This document shows, piece by piece, positions 1 through 8,930 of a stretch of DNA of 64,000 nt. The DNA lies in assembly GCA_963815195.1 (NCBI GenBank), contig CAWFGE010000022.1:320001-384000 (forward strand). Reading direction: 5' to 3'. The notes beneath the pieces are model-generated. The model was given only the letters and a program-made list of their open reading frames with translations. It searched no databases and was not told where the DNA came from. Source of the stretch: an uncultured Planctomycetaceae bacterium. GTDB taxonomy: Bacteria; Planctomycetota; Planctomycetia; Planctomycetales; Planctomycetaceae. Both the position numbers and the translations under genes were made by a program. Position 1 is the first letter of the stretch. Each line of letters opens with the position of its first letter.

Positions 1-212
1 CACATTGTCACCTTGACCGGTTCGAGCAGGTCAGGCGATTGGACCTGGATGATGCTCACCGACGCCTGGTAGAGAGCCAGCCCCAACACGAACAGCGGAA
101 CGAGGCCCACGGCCAACATGCCGAGCGCCAGCTTGTTGCGAATGCGGTTCGCCACCACGTCGCCCAGCGGCGAATCGGTAATCGCCTTGAAAATCTGTCG
201 AGTTTTGCCCAT
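1..212 (-). CDS. Probable methyl-accepting chemotaxis protein (PilJ-like), N-terminus only, runs off window
   Basis: Own translation from ATG at 212: MGKTRQIFKAITDSPLGDVVANRIRNKLALGMLAVGLVPLFVLGLALYQ (IRNKL + TM helix typical of MCP starts); follows cheW. Confidence 0.55.
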   Translation of the reverse strand, partial: MGKTRQIFKAITDSPLGDVVANRIRNKLALGMLAVGLVPLFVLGLALYQASVSIIQVQSPDLLEPVKVTM

Positions 213-247
213 GTCTCCAATCCCATCAACGAAGTCTGAGTGAATAA

Positions 248-353
248 TTAGCCGCAGGGCGCTAGCCCCGGTTCATTCGGCAACCGGACGGGAGCCCGGT
301 TCATTAGCCGCAGGGCGCTAACCCGGTTCGTTCGGCAACCGGACGCCAGCGCG
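248..353. repeat. REP-like family A, two tandem units
   Basis: TTAGCCGCAGGGCGCTA(G)CCC(C)GGTT at 248 and 304, each followed by AACCGGACG; same motif at 8647, 8820, 20032. Confidence 0.8.
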
Positions 354-385
354 CTTTGGATGATTTTTCTCGAACGGCCCTAAAA

Positions 386-1081
386 TCAGCCGGTCCGCCG
401 CGAATGCCAAAGGTTCAGCACATCCGCAGCGTCGGGGAGTTTAGAGTCGCTTCCAGGTCCAAGACGCAGATCACCGCGCCATCGGTTTCGTAGGTTCCCT
501 TGATGTAATCGCTGATCGGACCTTCCATCTGTCCGGACGGCCGGCGGATTGCGCGGGTTCCATCTCGGCGATCCGCACGATTTCGTCGACGATCAGGCCC
601 GCCGTCAAATCCTGGTTGTCGGTCCGCACCACGACCAGCCGGGTGCGAGGTCCCAAGGCCGTGACTTCAAATCCCAAGAGCTGCTTGATGTCCACAATCG
701 AGACGATGTTCCCCCGCAGGTTGCACACGCCGGGAATCCAGGCGGGCAGGTTGGGCAGGTACGTCACCGGCGGAAGCTGCTGGATTTCCAGGATGTTTTT
801 CATCGGCAGGGCGAAGCAGGATTCGCCGAACGACACCAGCACGTGCTTGTCTTCGATCGATCGGCGCGGCGCTTTTGCGGATTCCCGCCCAGTTCTTTAT
901 GAACGGTTTCCAGGATCTCGCGGTCCAAGCGGCCGACGAGGTCTTCCAGCGAGGACTCTCCGCCGAGATCCTCCGGGGAGAAATCCTCCGCGGATTCCGC
1001 CTCCAAATCGTCCATCAATGACGCGGAGTCGGTGCCGAACGCCTCTTCGATGGCCGAGAGGACATCATCATCAAATGTCAT
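386..1081 (-). CDS. cheW: CheW-like (PilI) adaptor with acidic N-terminal extension; two apparent frameshifts (~884, ~549)
   Basis: ORFs 800-1081 and 471-842 (LPNLPAWIPGVCNLRGNIVSIVDI, AGLIVDEI) plus a third-frame tail EGPISDYIKGTYETDGAVICVLDLEATL ending at TGA 386-388. Confidence 0.8.
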
Positions 1082-1301
1082 GATCCAAAGTCGCTCCGCG
1101 AGAAAATAATGATATGCTCCCTTGCTGCGGGCTCGTCTTGGATTCTAAGTCGCCGCCAAGCGGCGTTCGCAGATCCGGAATCCGCCAAAACGTCAGAAGC
1201 CGCGAACGGCGCGAGCAGTTTCCCAAGGGAAGTTGTGAACTGATACCAGATTCTCGATTGAGGTCATCGTTTGCTGCCGCCGCTTCGCGGCTGGTTTTTT
1301 C

Positions 1302-1700
1302 TTAGCCGGGATTGAGCTGCGTGAGTTGTTGGCCTTTGAGGAGCGCTTGAATGGCCGCGATGAGTTCTTCGTCTTCAAAGGGTTTGGTGATGTAGGCGTC
1401 GGCTCCCTGTTTTTGGCCCCAGAAGCGGTCGCTGGCCTGGTTCTTGCTGCTGAGCATCAGAATCTTGATGTCCTTTGTGGCCGACTCCGTCTTGAGTTGC
1501 CGGCAGACCTGAAAGCCGTTTTTCTTGGGCAGGATAATGTCGAGCACAATCAAGTCCGGCAAGAGCCGCGAGGCGATCTCCAAGGCCTCTTCGCCGTCCG
1601 AGGCCGCGAGCACGCGAAAGCCCTGTTCGCTCAGCGTGTCGGACGTGATCTTGAGAGCCGTGGGACTGTCATCGACAACAAGAATGGTTTTCGGGGGCAT
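1302..1700 (-). CDS. Single-domain response regulator (PilH-like)
   Basis: ILVVDDSPT, LDIILPKKNG, DRFWGQKQGADAYITKPF; lies before cheW. Confidence 0.9.
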   Translation of the reverse strand: MPPKTILVVDDSPTALKITSDTLSEQGFRVLAASDGEEALEIASRLLPDLIVLDIILPKKNGFQVCRQLKTESATKDIKILMLSSKNQASDRFWGQKQGADAYITKPFEDEELIAAIQALLKGQQLTQLNPG

Positions 1701-1757
1701 CGAGAGGACTCCTCAAAATTCCGGAATGTGCGCCCTCGTTCGGAGCGAGGGATGGGA

Positions 1758-2303
1758 TTATTCGGACGAACGGCCGTCGCTGAGGGTGTTCCACCGCCGC
1801 ACGAGGTCGTCGAGAAACACTTCCGCGCTGGCTTGCCAGTCGGCCACAGCTTCCCCGGAGAGAAACCGCGACCCGAGCAGTTGAAAGTACCCGCCGACGA
1901 TTTCCACGAGATCGACGCCAAGCTGCTGGTAGATGGCTTTGACTTCGTCGGAGTACGACAGCTTGATCCCGATGAGCGAAGCGAAGCCGTTCCAGGACTG
2001 GCCGCCCAGCATGCGTTCGAATCGCTTGGTGTTTTCGTGGTAGTCGCAGACCTGGCCGATCAAGGCGTCGGTCTGAGGCTTGTCGAACCGCTCCTCGGCG
2101 AACTCGACGAGTTCTACGAGGATCTCTTTGGAGATTTCCATCGCGCCGGGAAGGCGCTTGGCTCCGCTGAACCCGTCCAGCCGGGCCAGGATTTGTTCCA
2201 AGCGGCCCATCAGTTGAAACATCAGCCGGGCGTGCTCGGCGTCTTGCGACCGCTCCGCTCCCGCGGACCGATTGGAAACGGAACCAACATTAGAGACAGT
2301 CAT
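1758..2303 (-). CDS. Hypothetical helical protein within chemosensory operon
   Basis: Part of ORF 1758-2345; ATG 2303 is preceded by AGGAGAGG; co-oriented between two receiver genes. Confidence 0.7.
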   Translation of the reverse strand: MTVSNVGSVSNRSAGAERSQDAEHARLMFQLMGRLEQILARLDGFSGAKRLPGAMEISKEILVELVEFAEERFDKPQTDALIGQVCDYHENTKRFERMLGGQSWNGFASLIGIKLSYSDEVKAIYQQLGVDLVEIVGGYFQLLGSRFLSGEAVADWQASAEVFLDDLVRRWNTLSDGRSSE

Positions 2304-2412
2304 GTTTGCCTCTCCTATCTGCGACTCGCTGTGGGTCGCTTTCAAATCGTGGAGGGAAGAACTTGGATTTGAAACGAGGTAAAATCATTCAAAAGGATGC
2401 CGGGATTCACAA

Positions 2413-3891
2413 CTAAGACTGAGTCGCAGCCACTCCGTAATGCTCGGTGAGTTGAGCGGAGACTTTCTCGATCAGCAAATCGGGATCGAACGGCTTGGTA
2501 ATATAGTCGTCGCAGCCCACAAACTTGCCGCGCACCTTGTCGAACATGCCGTCTTTGCCCGAGAGCATGATGACGGGGATGTGTTTCGTGGATTCGTGCT
2601 TCTTGATGAGCTTGCAAAGTTGATAGCCGCCGAGCCGGGGCATGGTGATGTCGAGCAGGATCAGCTGCGGCTTGAGTTCCGCAATGCTCTTGAGGGCGAC
2701 AACGCCGTCGGCGGCGGCGGCGACCGTGTAGCCGTTCTTTTCCAACGTCATCGACACCAGCTTCCGGACCGTGGGGCTGTCATCGACCACCAGCACCGAG
2801 ACGCCGCTTTCCGAAGCTTGAATCGGAGCCGCCGGTGACTCCGCAATCGTTTCCTCCGGCGGGGATTCCTCTTCGAAGATCTCCGTTTGGGCTTCAACCG
2901 CCGGCTCAATTTCCGATTCCGCTTCGGCGTCCGCAGCATCTCGCATCGGGACCGTGTCCGCCAAGTCTTCCTCGGCACCCGGCCGATTCCAAAAGCCCTC
3001 CGCCGAGTCGTCTCCGTTTGCTGCGTCCTCGGAAACGGCGGCGTCCGAGTTTTCGAAGCGCGATTCGTCCTGATGAGTTTCCTCAACCGGTTCGCCCCAG
3101 GCCGAGGCCGAATCTTCCTCTTCGTCCCGGCCGTCTTCGAAGGCGTTGTGTTCTTCCCAGCGGGATCGCTCCTCGTTCGTTTCGGCGACTTCCGCGTCCC
3201 ATGGGCTTTCATCCGATTCGCCGAACTCGGCCGTGGAATTCTCCGCGAATGCGGACGGTTCTTCTTGTCCGTCGGCTTCCGCGGTCTCGGCGTCTTCTTC
3301 GTCGTTTGCGAACCATTCCGCCATCTTGCGTTCGGCGGGTTCCGAGCTGATTTCCAATTCTTCGTCGCCGGCGGTGAGTTCTGGGTTGGCGGGATCCTCT
3401 TTTTCGTCCGCAAACGGCTCGCCGTCATCGTCCGTCCCGGCTTCTTCCGCCAGCGGGATTGAGGATTCGCTCTCGCCCCAGGCAATTGGCTCATCGTCTT
3501 CCGCATCGCGGGGTTCGCCTTCTGCCCCGCGGTCGGCATAACCTTCCAGGGCGGAGAAACCCTCGGCGTCTTCAGCGGGCGAGGGTTCGCCTTCGGCGAT
3601 GTCTTCTTGAAATTCGGAGGATGCTTGATAGTCAAAATCCGCCATCGCTTTGGCCCACTGCATTCCCAGTTGGGCCAATTCATGGTCCGGGTCAACATCG
3701 AGAACCCTCTGAAGGGAATGGATGGCGCTGGCGGGCGATTCCGCGACCCAGGCCAGCCACAGCCAACAGTTGGGATCGTTGGGAGCCAGTTCGACCGCCT
3801 GAAGCAGATGCAGGCGGGCCAGCAATTTGTTGCCCGATTTTGCTGTCTCAATCCCGCGTTTCAGGCTATCGATGGCGCGTGTATCACCCAT
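2413..3891 (-). CDS. TPR + long acidic linker + receiver protein (PilG-like)
   Basis: N-terminal TPR (AVELAPNDPNCWLWLA, LQRVLDVDPDH); D/E-rich middle; C-terminal VLVVDDSPTVR...LSGKDGMFDKVRG...YITKPF. Confidence 0.88.
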   Translation of the reverse strand: MGDTRAIDSLKRGIETAKSGNKLLARLHLLQAVELAPNDPNCWLWLAWVAESPASAIHSLQRVLDVDPDHELAQLGMQWAKAMADFDYQASSEFQEDIAEGEPSPAEDAEGFSALEGYADRGAEGEPRDAEDDEPIAWGESESSIPLAEEAGTDDDGEPFADEKEDPANPELTAGDEELEISSEPAERKMAEWFANDEEDAETAEADGQEEPSAFAENSTAEFGESDESPWDAEVAETNEERSRWEEHNAFEDGRDEEEDSASAWGEPVEETHQDESRFENSDAAVSEDAANGDDSAEGFWNRPGAEEDLADTVPMRDAADAEAESEIEPAVEAQTEIFEEESPPEETIAESPAAPIQASESGVSVLVVDDSPTVRKLVSMTLEKNGYTVAAAADGVVALKSIAELKPQLILLDITMPRLGGYQLCKLIKKHESTKHIPVIMLSGKDGMFDKVRGKFVGCDDYITKPFDPDLLIEKVSAQLTEHYGVAATQS

Positions 3892-4276
3892 GATTCGTAG
3901 ATCCTCAGGCAGAAACGAGTGTTGTCGAAGGGAAGAGGCGGCTAGATGTTCCGCCGCTCAATTCACCGGTTTTTCAACCCGTCCACCGCTCGCCCGGACC
4001 TCTGCCCAAAGGCACGGGGACGAAACGGCTTCAAATAGGCCGCCGGCTGATGAGGAATTGAAGCGAGAGACATCCAGGCATCGTCCGTGAAGGGGAACGA
4101 GTTCCTTCCTCAGAAAGTTAGGTCGGAAACCGCGAGACACAAATGAAAAACGTGGCGAGTTTGGGAGTTTTGTGGAAAACGTAACGGTCTGTTGCATTTT
4201 TGCGACTCCGGCGTGGTTCGCTCGGGGATCCCCCGGGCACTCAAATCCCGCACGATCCGCACGTTCGCTGGAAAGC

Positions 4277-4313
4277 AAAAAACGGGCGCGGGAAAATAAT
4301 TCCCGCGCCTGTT
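4277..4313 (-). terminator. Intrinsic terminator after small-protein gene
   Basis: GGCGCGGGAA/TTCCCGCGCC stem followed by T6 on the minus strand. Confidence 0.7.
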
Positions 4314-4344
4314 TGAAGACCCGCCGGCTGGATTGAGACAAGCA

Positions 4345-4500
4345 TTACTTCTTCATGAATTTGTCGATGCCTTCTTCTCGCCAGACTTTGAGGGTCCGGC
4401 TGTTTTTGCTGTCGATCTTCACGCCGATGGCGTTGACGGGATGTTCGTATTTCCGTTGGACGTCGATCCAATTTTTCTTGACGTGTTCGGGCACGCTCAT
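4345..4500 (-). CDS. Unannotated 51-aa small protein
   Basis: MSVPEHVKKNWIDVQRKYEHPVNAIGVKIDSKNSRTLKVWREEGIDKFMKK*; GAGGTG SD; host-like GC-ending codons; terminator downstream; below the ORF-track cutoff. Confidence 0.75.
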   Translation of the reverse strand: MSVPEHVKKNWIDVQRKYEHPVNAIGVKIDSKNSRTLKVWREEGIDKFMKK

Positions 4501-4555
4501 GAGTCACCTCTCGAATAGGCTTAAGGAATGGACAGTGGGTTTCAGTCAGGCGGAG

Positions 4556-5857
4556 CTAAACGGCCGAGAGCTGGAATTGATCCACCAGCTCGCGGACGGC
4601 AACTTCCGCATCAACAGGCAGAGCCGCCGGCCCGATGATGGCGGCTCCCACGTGGGACAGCGCGGGAAGGAGATGGGTTTCCGCGTAATCCCTCAAACGA
4701 TGAAAATCGATCCGATCGATCGCATCCAGAATCGTGTGGTCCGCAATCCGCTCGCCGAAGTAGAACTCCTGCGTCAGAATCCGGCTCATGCGGGTGTGGA
4801 GGCATTCGGAGGCCAACAAGTGCTGGCCGCGAATTTGCATCTTGGCTTTCCAGAGTTCTTCGGCGTCCACCGGCTGATCGAACGAAACCAGCCGATAGAT
4901 TTCCCAAAGAATCAGGCTTAACACGTCGAGCAGTTGTTCGGGCGTGGTGCTGCCTTCGACCACGAGCAAGCCCGCATCGCGGTAGGCGTGGACTTCGGAT
5001 TGAATGTGGTACACCAGGCCCCGCTCTTCGCGGAGGCTATAAAATAACCGCGAACTCATGCCGCCGCCGAGCAGGCAGTTCAACAGGTGCAACAGGTAGC
5101 GGTTTTCGTCGGTGTAGTTTCCGGTGGGAATCCCCAAGGCGAAATAGGCTTGCGACACCGGGGCCTGATCGATCACCACGCCGCTGTGAGCTTCGCAGGG
5201 CTCGGGCGACGAAGGAATCGAGGTGCCCAGCATCCGCCAGAAGGCGTCCTGCGTCTGGGCGGCGAAATGGTCGTGGTCGATCTTTCCCGACGCCGCAATG
5301 ATGATCCGGTCGGGAAGGTAATGGTTATGCGTAAAGTAAATCACGTCTTCCCGCGTGAAGCCTTGCACGGACTCCCGCGTGCCCAGGATCGATCGGCCGA
5401 GCGAAGCGTGCGGCCAGATTTGTTGTTTGAGGAGCGCGTGCGTCCGGTCGTAGGGATTGTCGCAGGTGTTGTCGATCTCGTGGAGAATCGCGTGCTTTTC
5501 CCGTTCGAGGTTGTGTTCCGGGAACGTGGAGTTGAGCAGAATGTCGCCCAACAGGTCCAAAGCATACGGGCAATAGTCGGCGAGGACGTTCGCATAAAAG
5601 CAGGTGTAGTCCCGCCCGGTGAAGGCGCCCATTTGCCCGCCCGCCACGTCCATCAGCCGCGAGATCGCGACCGCATCCCGGCTGCTCGTGCCTTGGAACA
5701 ACGCATGTTCGGTGAAGTGCGCCAGTCCCCGCTTCTCCCGCGGATCGTCCCGCGGGCCGGCATCGATGAGAACCCCGATCGACACCGACTCCGACGCGGG
5801 CACGGTTTCCGTGGCGAGGCGTATTCCGTTGTTGAGTTCGATGCGATTGAACAACAT
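4556..5857 (-). CDS. M16 family (pitrilysin/insulinase-like) zinc peptidase
   Basis: GLAHFTEH (HxxEH), GAFTGRDYTCF, GGGMSSRLFYSLREERGLVY; start MLFNRIELNNG chosen. Confidence 0.92.
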   Translation of the reverse strand: MLFNRIELNNGIRLATETVPASESVSIGVLIDAGPRDDPREKRGLAHFTEHALFQGTSSRDAVAISRLMDVAGGQMGAFTGRDYTCFYANVLADYCPYALDLLGDILLNSTFPEHNLEREKHAILHEIDNTCDNPYDRTHALLKQQIWPHASLGRSILGTRESVQGFTREDVIYFTHNHYLPDRIIIAASGKIDHDHFAAQTQDAFWRMLGTSIPSSPEPCEAHSGVVIDQAPVSQAYFALGIPTGNYTDENRYLLHLLNCLLGGGMSSRLFYSLREERGLVYHIQSEVHAYRDAGLLVVEGSTTPEQLLDVLSLILWEIYRLVSFDQPVDAEELWKAKMQIRGQHLLASECLHTRMSRILTQEFYFGERIADHTILDAIDRIDFHRLRDYAETHLLPALSHVGAAIIGPAALPVDAEVAVRELVDQFQLSAV

Positions 5858-6054
5858 GGGACCCCATCCGTTTGCGGGAAAAACACAGTGGCGCATCAAA
5901 ATACTAGGTCACGGACCGGAGCGGATCTCAGGAAAACCCCAATCCGCATCCATTGAAACGGAAAAGCTGGCGGGGTCGTAGCGGTTATATCGGGACCAGA
6001 TCCACAACGCCCGATGCGAAAGGATGCCTCAGAAAAGTCGAAAAAATGTGCCAG

Positions 6055-6168
6055 GTGTGCCCCTGGCTTGGCCAGTGCCTTTTGAAGGCGGGAATCAGAA
6101 ATCGAAAAAAGCATTCGGACGCCAACCGATTAGACGGCACGGGCCGAGCCGGTTGAGCCAGTGGCACA
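6055..6168. repeat. Inverted REP-like pair (GGCACTGGC..AGCCAGTGGCACAC type)
   Basis: GTGTGCCCCTGGCTTGGCCAGTGCC and GAGCCAGTGGCACAC are inverted relatives. Confidence 0.45.
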
Positions 6169-6295
6169 CGCGCGGGGTTGCAAGAGGACCGAACCCGCAA
6201 TGCACTGCGCGAAACGAGGCGGCGCCTTGCGTTGATTCGCCGCGGGTTGAGGGTACAATCGAAAGCTTGTTTCTTTCTCCTTCCGGTTGAACGGT

Positions 6296-6664
6296 ATGAA
6301 CGACTCGACAGCATCCCCCGCGGAATCTGAAGACGAACGCGAATTTGCCACCTACCGCCACGCCCGCCGGGAGGCGTTTTTGATCTTTTGCGCCTGGGCT
6401 GCTGCGCTTCTCTGGGCGGTTCCCTGTTGCTACCTCACGGGGTTTACGACGGCGGGGTCCGTGGAGCCGGCGGAAATTCCGCTGGTGATGGGGATTCCGA
6501 GCTGGGTGTTTTGGGGCATCGGCGCGCCCTGGCTGGTCGCCGACGTGTTCACCGTCTGGCTGTGTTTTTTCTATATGACAGATGACGACCTCGGCGAGAC
6601 CCACGAAGGCGCGGACCTGGCCGAAGAGATCGCCGAGATGCACGCACAGGAGAATCCATCGTGA
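6296..6664 (+). CDS. DUF997/YhdT-like small membrane protein
   Basis: Two TM segments, MGIPSWVFWG; stop overlaps symporter start (GTGA), as in yhdT-panF. Confidence 0.8.
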   Translation: MNDSTASPAESEDEREFATYRHARREAFLIFCAWAAALLWAVPCCYLTGFTTAGSVEPAEIPLVMGIPSWVFWGIGAPWLVADVFTVWLCFFYMTDDDLGETHEGADLAEEIAEMHAQENPS

Positions 6665-8619
6665 CGTGGGACTTTTGCCCCGGCGTTTTCGCGGCGACGG
6701 GATCGAACATGGCGCTCGTCACGTTCCTGGTTTACACGGCGGCGGTGTTCGGCGTGGCCGTGCTCTCGAACCGCCTCTTGCAGAAGAAAGCGTTCTTGAG
6801 CGAATACTTCCTCGGCAGCCGCAGCCTGGGCGTATGGGCGTTCGCTTTGACCTTCGCCGCGACCAGCGCTTCGGGCGGCAGCTTTACCGGGTTCCCGTCC
6901 AAGATCTACACCCACGGCTGGGTCCTCGCGCTTTGGATCGGTTCTTACATGGTCGTGCCGATCTGCACGATGGGTCTCTTGGGCAAACGCCTGAACCAGG
7001 TGGCCCGCATCTCCGGTTCGATCACCGTGCCCGACGTGATCCGCGACCGCTTTCACAACCGGCTGATCGGATTGATCGCGGTGTCGCTGATCGTGTTCTT
7101 CATGTCCTTCAACCTCGTGGCCCAATTCAAGGCCGGCAGCCTGATCCTGCAAACCCTTCTGGATGATGTGGGGGTGTTTAAACAGTCGGCCCTCTGGCTG
7201 GGCAGCGTCAAAAAGGACGTGGCGTTTTTGAGTCTCAACGATGTGAACTCGCAATACCTTCTGTGCCTGTTAGGGTTCGGCATCTCGGTTGTGGTCTACA
7301 CCACCTACGGCGGATTTCACGCGGTGGTCTGGACCGACGTGATGCAGGGGATCGTGATGCTGATCGGCGTTTTGATTCTTTTGCCGCTCGCGCTCACCCA
7401 AGTGGGGGGCCTGGAACACGCCACCCGCGAGATGGCCAAAATGACGCCGCCCATTTCCCGCAAGATGTCGGTCGACATGACGACGGTTTCCGAAGAGCCG
7501 CGGGTGCTCGCCCGCGAAGACTGGCTGCGGCTCGACGATGCCAAGACAGGCAAAACCCGGTTGTTCCGCGTCGCCGATCGCGTGCGGATTCCCCAAGGCG
7601 CGACCGCCCCGGATGAGCCGATTGAAGTCCTGGAAATCACCACGCCCTCGGAGATCACACGCTTTTTGGAGAACGAAGAGCATTCCGCGAAAATCCGCGA
7701 GGACGTGCGGATCCTCCACGTCCCGAGCGGGACTCCAAAGGAAGGCTACGGCTGGAACCAGCCGGGCGTTTATTTGACCGGTCCCGGTCCCGAACCGAAA
7801 AAAACCAGCGGGTTTCTGCCCTTGAGCCTCGCGATTTCGTTCTTCTTCATGTGGGCGATTTCCGGGGCGGGCCAGCCGAGCAACATGGTCCGGCTGATGG
7901 CCTTCAACAGCTCGCGCACACTCCGGCGGTCGATTTTTACCGTGGCGATTTACTATTCGCTGATCTACTTTCCGCTGGTGATCATCTTTTGCTGCTCGCG
8001 CGTGCTCCTCCCGGGCATGGAAGTCGAATCGGACCGCATCATGCCGGCGATGGCGGTGTTTTTGACGCACCACGCGGGCGTCGCCTGGCTCGCGGGGCTG
8101 TTGATTGCCGCCCCGTTTGCCGCGGTGATGTCCACGGTCGACAGCTTTTTGCTGATGATCTCCTCCGCCCTGGTGCGGGACATCTACCAGCGAAATCTCA
8201 ACCCCGAAGCCGAAGAGCGGACCATCAAACGCCTGAGCTATCTCTTCACGTTGCTCGTGGGGACGGCGGCCCTCCTCGGCGCGATCAATCCTCCGCAGTT
8301 CCTGCAGGACATCATCGTTTACACGGGCAGCGGCCTGGCGGCGTGTTTTCTGGCTCCGATGGTTTATGCACTCTACTGGCCGAGGATCAACACTTTCGGA
8401 GCGACCGCCGCGATGCTTGCGGGCTTTGCGGCCCATCTTTCCATGTATATTCTGGGCTGGTCCCTCCACCACGACTTCTTCCGGCCGTACCAATTGTTCA
8501 ACATGGATCCGATTCTCGTCGGCCTGTTTACTTCGTTCGTGACCGGTTACATCGTCACCAAACTCACGCCCCCGCCGCCGGAGGCTTTGGTCCGAAAATA
8601 CTTCGGCCGCGCCGCTTGA
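6661..8619 (+). CDS. Sodium:solute symporter (PanF/PutP family)
   Basis: EYFLGSRSLG, SGGSFTGFP, YTTYGGFHAVVWTD, AAVMSTVDS. Confidence 0.92.
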   Translation: MTWDFCPGVFAATGSNMALVTFLVYTAAVFGVAVLSNRLLQKKAFLSEYFLGSRSLGVWAFALTFAATSASGGSFTGFPSKIYTHGWVLALWIGSYMVVPICTMGLLGKRLNQVARISGSITVPDVIRDRFHNRLIGLIAVSLIVFFMSFNLVAQFKAGSLILQTLLDDVGVFKQSALWLGSVKKDVAFLSLNDVNSQYLLCLLGFGISVVVYTTYGGFHAVVWTDVMQGIVMLIGVLILLPLALTQVGGLEHATREMAKMTPPISRKMSVDMTTVSEEPRVLAREDWLRLDDAKTGKTRLFRVADRVRIPQGATAPDEPIEVLEITTPSEITRFLENEEHSAKIREDVRILHVPSGTPKEGYGWNQPGVYLTGPGPEPKKTSGFLPLSLAISFFFMWAISGAGQPSNMVRLMAFNSSRTLRRSIFTVAIYYSLIYFPLVIIFCCSRVLLPGMEVESDRIMPAMAVFLTHHAGVAWLAGLLIAAPFAAVMSTVDSFLLMISSALVRDIYQRNLNPEAEERTIKRLSYLFTLLVGTAALLGAINPPQFLQDIIVYTGSGLAACFLAPMVYALYWPRINTFGATAAMLAGFAAHLSMYILGWSLHHDFFRPYQLFNMDPILVGLFTSFVTGYIVTKLTPPPPEALVRKYFGRAA

Positions 8620-8646
8620 GGAACGATTATCAATGGGGCTGAATTC

Positions 8647-8851
8647 TTCATTAGCCGCAGGGCGCTAGCCCCGGTTTCGTCTTTGGTTGTCGAAAAGGAG
8701 AACTCAACCGGACGCTAGCGCATCACCGCTCGCTCTGGACCTGGGGAGGTTTGAAGAGAATAATTACCATTCATTGAAGCAACGATCGTTCGAAATGCGC
8801 TGGCGTGCGGTTGCCTCCAGAAACCGGGGCTAGCGCCCTGCGGCTAATGAA
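8647..8851. repeat. REP-like family A composite (BIME/REPIN-like) with perfect 32-bp inverted ends
   Basis: TTCATTAGCCGCAGGGCGCTAGCCCCGGTTTC (8647-8678) and its exact reverse complement (8820-8851). Confidence 0.85.
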
Positions 8852-8930
8852 TTGAATGTGATGCCCCTGACGAGGCTCGGCTCGCCAGAGAGCTTTAACA
8901 TCAAACATTAAACTTGAAACGCGAAACTTC

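Noticed and set aside
248..353. Repeat-spacer look suggesting CRISPR
   Set aside because: Only two units, near-identical spacers, no cas genes; the motif recurs as dispersed REPs.
4345..5857. RiPP/PQQ-like cluster
   Set aside because: No radical SAM, RRE or other tailoring enzyme; the peptide lacks Cys or an obvious core.
6161..6181. Sigma54 promoter TGGCAC...TTGC
   Set aside because: Spacing is too long and the motif is part of a REP-like repeat.
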